64,000 nt of DNA from Giardia intestinalis (lineage: Eukaryota), in assembly GCA_000002435.2 (NCBI GenBank), contig CM018792.1, one strand, 5' to 3'. Numbering within the stretch: position 1 is the first letter of the stretch; each line of letters begins with the position of its first letter. The translations under genes and the position numbers were made by a program. The notes beneath the pieces were generated by a model. The model saw only the letters and a list, made by a program, of their open reading frames with translations. It did not search any database and was not told the DNA's origin. Of this stretch, positions 53,940 through 61,336 are shown piece after piece.

Positions 53940-55972
53940 GCCGCCGTTCTCTCGTTTCTCAGTAACACCAACCTTATTAGCAAAGTATTGACCTACTGAA
54001 AAATATCTAGCTTAATGCATAAAAAAGCGTTCACCAATAATCTAACTTTCCAACGAAGTATAGCTATATGTACTTACAGAACTCGGTAGATTTATAGACT
54101 AGAAGTGTGGTTCCTTCAGAAGCATGCCCTCTGTACGTATTGATACAATAGTAACGAGTAACCACGTTTCTCGTCAATACGTGCAGCACAGAAATCACTA
54201 GAGCTTATAGAGAGCAACAATCCAAGTACGAAGATGGATATCTCACAGTTATGCGCCTCAAAGTAATGTTGATTCACTTGTGATATCCGAGGAACACAGA
54301 GCATGTGAGCTAGGCACACAGCAGAGAAACTGGTCGCTTTACTAGCTAAGCTGTCCGAGCAGACGTGCCTGTTGCCCTGCAGAAGACAACTGCTGCACTG
54401 CTCAGGTGGAGCGAGCAGCTGAAAGGCCGGTAGATAAGTGTCCCTTATCGCACCGAGGCTGTGGTGCGTGAACGGGGCGAGTGTGCCAATCTTGCTCGGA
54501 TACATGCGCTGCGACAGTCGAAGACGAGAGTCTATGTCTCCACACATAAGGGAAGCAACAAGTGAGTGCTGCAGCGCGCCCGACTACCGGTGCAAGGGGG
54601 ACGATGAGGCACCTCTGGCTGCGTTAAGGATGACAGCGTACAGCAGCCCTAGCTCCCGAAGAAGGCCTTTGAGAGCAACCGAGACTCGGGGGCTGAACAA
54701 GGGGCAGCATGGTGCGAAGGGCTAACAATTTAACCCGGATTGACTCTAGTGCAACACAACGGTTCTCTCGGACCGCTCTTTGCAGCTTGGGATCCTGGGA
54801 AGCGAAGAGACCAGGAAGTCAGGTCATATCCTTACGACCGCAGGCACAACAGAGGACTGTGCAGGCACCCATTCGTCACACAGGGTAGTAAATCGTTAAG
54901 GGGGCTCAAGACAGTTGAATCCCACCAGATCTCTCAGCCGACAGCCAGAATGGCGGGTGTCCCCCTACGTTCCACCAGGCAGCGTCAAACATAGCAGAGG
55001 TCTGCCGGAAATGCACCAGATGCAGTCAACGCTTTTCTGGGTGTAGTGTTAACAGAATCACACACTACGATGCGCCTCAGACAGGCTCCACCTGGCAGCG
55101 GCGCCCCAGAGACGGGCCCCGAGGGACAAAGTATCTCCGGCCCTGTCCCTGCTCCAATGCGAGGGGCCTGTAGACAGAGCCGAGGATGGGGGCCAGTGCT
55201 CGGCCTCCTGCTGGTGCGGTGGCGCCGGGAGACCACCGGACCATCGACTCGGCCGCGGCAACCGGCGGAGCGCCCTGGGCTGCTGCTGTGTCCACACGCC
55301 TGGAGCGCGCCGCAGCAGCCCGGGATGGGTCCGCAGACAGGCGTGCCGCCCCAGCCGTCCCGGGGGCCGGCTCCTCGTGGCGGGCGGTCCTGCTCCCTTT
55401 GACTTTTCAAATGGAGAACGCAGTTATGGACCCTAGCTCTGCTGCAGAAGGTGCCTTATGAGACGCAGCACAATCACACCAAGCGGTATTGGGGCTGAGC
55501 ACTCCTTGGGACGGGCTCTTGGCGTATCTGAGAGACGCTCGTTGCTGTGCACTGCCTCTTGGGCCTTGGATGCACGTTGTGCAGAGCTGCAGGAGTCGCC
55601 CTTGCAGTTGTCGGTGGGCCGTTGATGGAGCCATTGAAAGCTCTGGACCGCTACTGGACCGTACTGTCCCAGTGCACGTGTGGCAGCTTTGATTCGCACT
55701 GGATGATCCGTACAGATTGCAACGGAGCCACGAGGTGCACTAGTATGACATACGCATTGAGACAGTCGCAGTTCTGTTCGGCTCAATCCACCTCCTTCTG
55801 GCCCTGTGCCGAGATTGCAGATTGCAGAGTAGTGTCAGCGATAGACCCGGTGAGTGTTGATTCCATCAGCGCCTGTGGTCAACGTGCGTCCGAAGGATCA
55901 ATCAACTGCATCAATCGACGCGGATTGACTGATGTACCGCGAGTATGTTCCTACCAATCTATCAATCGGGCA
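53940..55972. other. About 2-kb apparently non-coding region with a roughly 70%-GC core (about 55080-55420), between the helicase gene and the VSP gene
   Basis: Only short overlapping ORFs, on both strands and in several frames, with Pro/Arg/Ala-rich nonsense translations typical of GC-rich non-coding DNA. No AT-rich initiator context. This spacer is unusually long for this otherwise compact window. Confidence 0.4.
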
Positions 55973-58186
55973 ATGTTTGGCAGTTTTGTTCTCGCGGGGG
56001 TACTCGCTCAGATTGCATGGGCAGGAAAAGCAACAGAGCGCGCGGCTCACTGCGCAGATAACACTAATTGCGCAGCAGACGCATGCAACGTTCTGATCGG
56101 TGGTAAATTGTATTGCTCTCGATGTAACACAGGATTTGTTCCTATCAATGGACAATGTGCAGACAAAGAAGGTGCAACAGATAAGTGCAAAGATGGCTCC
56201 GGAGGCGATACAGCTGATCAGACCTGTGGACAGTGCGCCGAGCAGACTTTCATGTACAAGGGCGGCTGTTACGAAGCAGCCCAGCAGCCCGGACAGACCA
56301 TGTGTCAGGCGGCAGATGCTGGAGTATGCACACAAGCCGCGCAAGGATACTTCGTGCCGCCGGGCGCAGACGCCTCTCACCAGTCGGTCATACCATGTGG
56401 AGACGAAGAGGAAATAACAGTTAAAAACGATAAAAAGTACAAGGGCGTGCTGCACTGCACTCGGTGTAACGCTCCCACAGAAGCAGCAGATGCTAACGCC
56501 AAGGCCGCCACGTGTACTGCGTGCGGCGATAGCAAGATCGTCAAGACAGCCAAGGACTCAGCCACCTCCTGCGTGACAGAAGAAGAGTGCACCGGCACCG
56601 AAGGGTTCTTCGTGAAAAATGGCGGCACCAAAACCTGTGAGGCGTGTGATCCTGGTTGCAAGACCTGTAAGACCGAGGCTGCGAAGTGCACCTCCTGTAA
56701 GGACGACAAGCCGTACCTGAAGAAGGATAATGGCAGCGACACTGGCACGTGCGTCACCGAAGCTGAGTGCAAGACTGGAAACACCCACTACCCCGACGAC
56801 ACTGAGCCGAAGACGTGCAAGACGTGCGCCGAGGGGACCTCCGACGGGTGTGCGACGTGCGAGAAGGGCGCCGATGGAGCAGTCGCCTGCAAGACGTGCG
56901 GGTCTAATAAGAAGGTCCAGCCAAACAAGAAGGGGTGCATAGCAAAGTGCCCGGAGACGGTGAGTGCCGAGAAGGATGGCGTTTGTGAGTGCGTCGAGGG
57001 CTACGTTCCCGACAACGCGGGCACCGGGTGCACGAAGAAGCCCGACCCCCAGTGCAACACCCCCGGCTGCAAGACGTGCAGTGAGCCGAAGACAAGCAAG
57101 GAGGTGTGCACAGAGTGCGAAGACCCCAAGGCCCTCACGCCCACGGGCCAGTGCATCTACGGTTGTGAGCACCTGGAAGGCTACTACGAGGGCACCAGCG
57201 AGGGGGGCAAGAAGGCCTGCAAGAAGTGCGAGGTCGAGAACTGCCTCCTGTGCAACGGGCAAGGACAGTGCGAGACCTGCAAGGACGGGTACTACAAGAG
57301 CGGAGCCGCCTGTGCCAAGTGCAATACCTCGTGCAAGACGTGCGCGAACGGGAACTCCAACGGGTGCACGAGCTGCGAGCCTAAGCAGGTCCTCAGCTAC
57401 GAAGGAGAGGGCACGGGGACGTGCAAGCCAGGCTGCAAGCCAGTGAGCGGCGGCAAGGATGGAACGTGCAAGAGCTGCGACCTGAACATAGACGGGACAA
57501 GCTACTGTTCTGCCTGTAACGTGGGCACGGAGTATCCAGAGAACGGCGTGTGCGTCAAGAAGTCGGCCCGCACAGCCTCCTGCCAGGCAGAACCGAGCAA
57601 TGGTGTGTGCGGGACATGTGCAAGGGGCTTCTTCCGCATGAACGGGGGCTGCTACGAAACGACCAAACTCCCTGGAAAGAGCGTCTGTGAGGAGGTAGCA
57701 TCGGCCGGCGATACCTGTCAGACTCCGGCCGACGGATACAAGCTGAATAATGGCGCGCTCATCACTTGCTCGGCCGGATGTAAGACGTGCACCAGCCAGG
57801 ACCAGTGCGACACGTGTAAGGCTGGATATGCTAAGGATAGTGGTAACACTAAGAAGTGTGTTCCCTGCGCCACTGGGTGCTCCGAGTGCAATGCGGACGA
57901 CGCCACCAAGTGCACGGTGTGCGCTGCAGGGTACTACCTGTCCAAAGAAAAGTGTATAGCATGCGACAAGAGCGACGGGGGATCCATCACCGGCGTCGCC
58001 AACTGCGCTAGCTGTACTCCCCCAACCAACAATAAAGGGTCTGTCCTCTGCTACCTCATACAGAACACCAACAAGAGCGGTCTCAGCGCGGGCGCTATCG
58101 CGGGGATCTCCGTGGCTGTCATCGTCGTTGTGGCTGGTCTCGTAGGGTTCCTCTGCTGGTGGTTCATCTGCAGAGGCAAAGCGTAG
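55973..58186 (+). CDS. vsp: Variant-specific surface protein (VSP), 737 aa
   Basis: Signal peptide MFGSFVLAGVLAQIAWA. About 12% Cys with many CXXC motifs. GGCY motifs (MYKGGCYEAA, MNGGCYETT). A C-terminal TM segment AGAIAGISVAVIVVVAGLVGFLCWWFI is followed by the invariant CRGKA-stop. The track ORF extends 426 nt upstream in frame (from an ATG at 55547), but the signal peptide fixes the start at 55973. Confidence 0.9.
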   Translation: MFGSFVLAGVLAQIAWAGKATERAAHCADNTNCAADACNVLIGGKLYCSRCNTGFVPINGQCADKEGATDKCKDGSGGDTADQTCGQCAEQTFMYKGGCYEAAQQPGQTMCQAADAGVCTQAAQGYFVPPGADASHQSVIPCGDEEEITVKNDKKYKGVLHCTRCNAPTEAADANAKAATCTACGDSKIVKTAKDSATSCVTEEECTGTEGFFVKNGGTKTCEACDPGCKTCKTEAAKCTSCKDDKPYLKKDNGSDTGTCVTEAECKTGNTHYPDDTEPKTCKTCAEGTSDGCATCEKGADGAVACKTCGSNKKVQPNKKGCIAKCPETVSAEKDGVCECVEGYVPDNAGTGCTKKPDPQCNTPGCKTCSEPKTSKEVCTECEDPKALTPTGQCIYGCEHLEGYYEGTSEGGKKACKKCEVENCLLCNGQGQCETCKDGYYKSGAACAKCNTSCKTCANGNSNGCTSCEPKQVLSYEGEGTGTCKPGCKPVSGGKDGTCKSCDLNIDGTSYCSACNVGTEYPENGVCVKKSARTASCQAEPSNGVCGTCARGFFRMNGGCYETTKLPGKSVCEEVASAGDTCQTPADGYKLNNGALITCSAGCKTCTSQDQCDTCKAGYAKDSGNTKKCVPCATGCSECNADDATKCTVCAAGYYLSKEKCIACDKSDGGSITGVANCASCTPPTNNKGSVLCYLIQNTNKSGLSAGAIAGISVAVIVVVAGLVGFLCWWFICRGKA

Positions 58187-58192
58187 ATGTAC

Positions 58193-58207
58193 ACTTAGGT
58201 AGTAAAT
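58193..58207 (+). terminator. VSP-type extended polyadenylation signal ACTTAGGTAGTAAAT (contains AGTAAAT)
   Basis: It sits 7 nt after the VSP stop codon and matches the conserved VSP 3' element ACTYAGRTAGTRAAY as I remember it. Confidence 0.7.
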
Positions 58208-58446
58208 GCGTCGATGAATTCTGTTTGTAGGTCTGACTCGGAAGTTGCATGAATAACTCAATCTGGCTGTATTAGGAACAGGGACAAACCACAACTAATA
58301 GGTTAAAGATTTTCTTCTTCAGTTTTGAGCTCAATTCCAGGGTGGTCTCTGGATCTCTGAACTTGATACGCTGGCCCCCGGGTTTGACGACAGTACTACC
58401 TCCCGTCTCAAAAAGCATCACAAAGTGGTTTACAATCACCGATCAG

Positions 58447-60108
58447 TTAACTATCCCCGACCACGGGAGTCAGCTCTGCCAACTGAGGGGTAACACCGTA
58501 CTCCACGTCGGTACTGTTGTTGAAGGAGCCCCCACCAACAACGTGCGCCATTATATTGTTGCAGCCCTTGCGGTTCACGTCAGAGAACGGCGTGCCAAAG
58601 ACGAGGACAACTGCGTCTCCACGCTCCGCCTGCCCTGATTCAAGCGCATGTGTGTCAGCCACACTGATCAGAGTCTTCATGCTGTCAATGTTTCCGGGGT
58701 GGAGAACAGGGCGGCATCCCCAGCACATGTGGAGCCACTGGTAGGATCGCTGCTCCGATGTGATGCAAAGGACAGGGCAGTGCGGGAGTTGACGAAGAAC
58801 ACGACCAGTTGAGTTGCCACTCTTCGAGAAAACAATGATTAGTTTCGCTCCAAGCTCTCGAGCGAGTAGACACGCCCCCAGTGCTATGGAATCAGGACGC
58901 TTGTGCTCCTTCGAGGTGCGTTGGTTGATATAGTTGTCTGTCAGAACCTGCTTGATAAAGGCCTCAGACTGTTCTGTGGTAGTAAGGATTGAACGGAGGA
59001 CCTTGACAACGTTGACCGGGTCGTGTCCGGCCGCGGTTTCGGCGGTGACCAACACAGAATTAGCCCCGTCAAAGCACACCGACGCAACATCTGTCACCTC
59101 TGCTCTTGTGGGAACGGTGTTCTCGATAAGAGACTCAACCATCTGCGTCGCGACCATTGCCTGGCAGCCGTGATAACGCGCTCGTTCACAGATGTACTTC
59201 TGGATAGAGCAAACCTTAGATAGGCATGTTTCGATAGCCAGGTCCCCGCGAGCGACCATGAGCATGTCAGAAAGTAGTGCAATGTCGTCGATGTCAAGGA
59301 CTGCCGTGGGCTTTTCAATCTTGCTGCATACGCGCGGGCAGAAGCTTGCCGGATTTTCTGCGTGGAGCTTCGCAATGTAATCTCGGGCTTCAATAACGTC
59401 AGCCTTAGTCTGCACAAACGAGAGGGCAATCCAGTCCATCCCGAGTCTGCATGCATTTCTGATGTCTCCCAGATCTTTGGGTGATAGTCCACTCAGTGGG
59501 AGAATGCGCGTGGGAATGGTTATCCCCTTGCGGGCTCCGAGCTTCCCGCCGGTTTTCACTCTCGTGACGATTCTCATGGCTTGACGATCAACGCTCGTGG
59601 CAACCAAACGGATGTAGCCGTCGTTGAGGATGATGTCATCGTTAGGCTCGCAGACAGCAAAGAACTCTTTATGGGGAAGATACACCCTGGACTCATCGCC
59701 GTTCACGTTGTTATGATCCAAAGTGAACTCCTGGCCTTCCTTGAGCTCTATACAGTTGTCTGGGTTAGAGAAGCCGGCAATCCTGAGCTTCGGTCCCTGG
59801 ATATCCCCCATTATTGCGACAGTCTTGCCGGTCAGTTGCATTGCCTGCTGGACTTTGTGGAAAATTTGAGTATGATCGTCTGTGTTGCCATGAGAGAAGT
59901 TGATGCGAATAATATCGGCACCTGCCCTGATCATTCCTGCTATGACCTCAACGTTGAACGAAGACGGGCCCAGCGTGCAGCAAATCTTCACGCGATTGAA
60001 GTGCGGGTGATTCTTATCCACACCTTTGAGGCCCTGCTCGACGAGCTTCTTGAGGTTTGTGAGGTTGTACTCGGTGATCTGATTTGCTGTAAACTTATTG
60101 TTAAGCAT
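58447..60108 (-). CDS. Pyruvate kinase (553 aa)
   Basis: N-terminal KICCTLGPSSFNVEVIAGMIRAGADIIRINFSHGNTDDH (PK: KIvcTiGPas.s.e.l..li.aGmnvaRlNFSHG). ..MVARGDL.IE.. and a C-terminal allosteric domain are also present. Confidence 0.9.
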   Translation of the reverse strand: MLNNKFTANQITEYNLTNLKKLVEQGLKGVDKNHPHFNRVKICCTLGPSSFNVEVIAGMIRAGADIIRINFSHGNTDDHTQIFHKVQQAMQLTGKTVAIMGDIQGPKLRIAGFSNPDNCIELKEGQEFTLDHNNVNGDESRVYLPHKEFFAVCEPNDDIILNDGYIRLVATSVDRQAMRIVTRVKTGGKLGARKGITIPTRILPLSGLSPKDLGDIRNACRLGMDWIALSFVQTKADVIEARDYIAKLHAENPASFCPRVCSKIEKPTAVLDIDDIALLSDMLMVARGDLAIETCLSKVCSIQKYICERARYHGCQAMVATQMVESLIENTVPTRAEVTDVASVCFDGANSVLVTAETAAGHDPVNVVKVLRSILTTTEQSEAFIKQVLTDNYINQRTSKEHKRPDSIALGACLLARELGAKLIIVFSKSGNSTGRVLRQLPHCPVLCITSEQRSYQWLHMCWGCRPVLHPGNIDSMKTLISVADTHALESGQAERGDAVVLVFGTPFSDVNRKGCNNIMAHVVGGGSFNNSTDVEYGVTPQLAELTPVVGDS

Positions 60109-60175
60109 GGTCGCTCCCCGACTTTTGGCTGATGCCTACTTTAAAACTTTCTAAACTGACTTTAATTTTGAATCC
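60109..60175. promoter_or_regulatory. 67-bp AT-rich divergent spacer between pyruvate kinase (-) and RNase Z (+)
   Basis: CTTTAAAACTTTCTAAACTGACTTTAATTTTGAATCC lies immediately 5' of the plus-strand ATG. Confidence 0.45.
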
Positions 60176-61180
60176 ATGTTTCCGTTTATCCCAAAGGTTA
60201 CTGTGCTTGGATGCATATCTGGAAAGCCTACTGCAAATGGTGGAACATGTGGCATCCTGGTGGAATATTCCCCTAAGCACTACCTCATTTACGACTGTCC
60301 GGAAGGCACTTATGTCAAGCTCCTTCAGTACAACATTCTGCTGAGTTGCCTCCACTATGTTGTGATATCGCATATGCACCCCGATCATATGGCAGGGCTC
60401 CTAACCCTAATTTCTGGGCTCTCAGAGATATGTGGAGGCAGCCTTCCTTCGATCTACGGCCCCCAAGCTCTCGTCAAATATTTGGAGGTGGCTCTTCCAC
60501 TTACTGACCTTGCAGAAAGGTTTTCGCGTCCCCTAAAGCTTATTCCCATTGCTCCATTTCAGACGTTATCGAGCGTCATCACTGCAGATGGACCTTGGTC
60601 ATTTATTTTCTTTCCGCTTGCACACAGAATTGAGTGCCATGGATTGGCTATGGTGAGAGACACGTTTTCCGTGTTTGATACGAAGAAAGCTTTGGACTCA
60701 GGTGTTCCTCTGGACAAGCTTCCGGAGCTCAAGAAGACAACTGAGGGAATAAAGTTTTCTACGGTGTGTCCTCGTTTGAAGATTATCCTCTGCAGTGATA
60801 ACGACGCCAAGAGACTCCTTGCCGACCGTGCATACGGAGGCATCGACGGGGCTACGTTTCTTCAATTCATAGACCGGACTGATCTTCGAAACCCAGACCT
60901 TCTCCTCCATGAATTTACATTTACCAATTATCATCAGGAAAAGGCGTCGTTGTATGGACATAGTTGCACTACCGCAGTCGGGGATCTGTGCAATGAGTTA
61001 CGCCCAAAACGCGTTCTACTCAACCACTTCAGTGTTCGCTACAAAAGAACGGCCTGCTCAAATAGGTTTGGCGTAGCGCCCCCCAAAGAGTGCGTCCAGC
61101 TCACTGAGTGGCATAGACTTTTCGGCAAGGTTTATAGCACGGCCTATGCAACCGAGGATAAAGTATATCCCATCGAATGA
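60176..61180 (+). CDS. Ribonuclease Z (tRNA 3'-processing endonuclease, short ELAC1-like form; metallo-beta-lactamase fold)
   Basis: HxHxDH motif VISHMHPDHMAGL. The N-terminal ...LGCISGKPTANGGTCGILVEYSPKHYLIYDCPEGTYVKLLQ resembles the tRNase Z pattern LGtg...P...Rn.s...l....lfDcGEGtq.ql. The C-terminal LLNHFSVRYK matches the tRNase Z l.HfSqRY motif. Confidence 0.7.
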   Translation: MFPFIPKVTVLGCISGKPTANGGTCGILVEYSPKHYLIYDCPEGTYVKLLQYNILLSCLHYVVISHMHPDHMAGLLTLISGLSEICGGSLPSIYGPQALVKYLEVALPLTDLAERFSRPLKLIPIAPFQTLSSVITADGPWSFIFFPLAHRIECHGLAMVRDTFSVFDTKKALDSGVPLDKLPELKKTTEGIKFSTVCPRLKIILCSDNDAKRLLADRAYGGIDGATFLQFIDRTDLRNPDLLLHEFTFTNYHQEKASLYGHSCTTAVGDLCNELRPKRVLLNHFSVRYKRTACSNRFGVAPPKECVQLTEWHRLFGKVYSTAYATEDKVYPIE

Positions 61181-61336
61181 CATTCGTGGAGATTAAATGT
61201 TACTGGCTTAGCTTTAAGGCCTTCACAAAGATCACTAGTCAGTTGCGACCTGGGTATATTGGAGTTGCTAGAGTGGCTTAAAACTTGTGGTCAAAATTAA
61301 TTCCAACATTTTCGCCTCTTGTGGTTTAAATAGGCT

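Noticed and set aside
54116-54547. 143-aa minus-strand ORF in the long spacer
   Set aside because: It is a real ATG, but there is no AT-rich upstream stretch, the composition is Cys/Ser-rich and low-complexity, and there is no domain. It is probably non-coding.
54700-55500. Possibility that the GC-rich segment is an rDNA (SSU or LSU) fragment
   Set aside because: It does not match what I remember of the Giardia SSU rRNA 5' region, and I did not recognise universal rRNA elements such as GTGCCAGCAGCCGCGGTAA. I left it as an unassigned region.
54985-55786. Cluster of 70-140-aa ORFs on both strands in the GC-rich core
   Set aside because: They overlap in multiple frames with Pro/Arg/Gly-rich products and no AT-rich initiator. 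This is expected from 70% GC non-coding DNA. The region is reported as a finding, not as genes.
56558-58294. 578-aa minus-strand ORF, with further antisense ORFs at 55898..56455, 56377..56784 and 56964..57446
   Set aside because: It is antisense to the VSP gene. The GC- and Cys-codon-rich VSP sequence is stop-poor on the opposite strand. The translations are Ala/Arg/Gly-rich nonsense.
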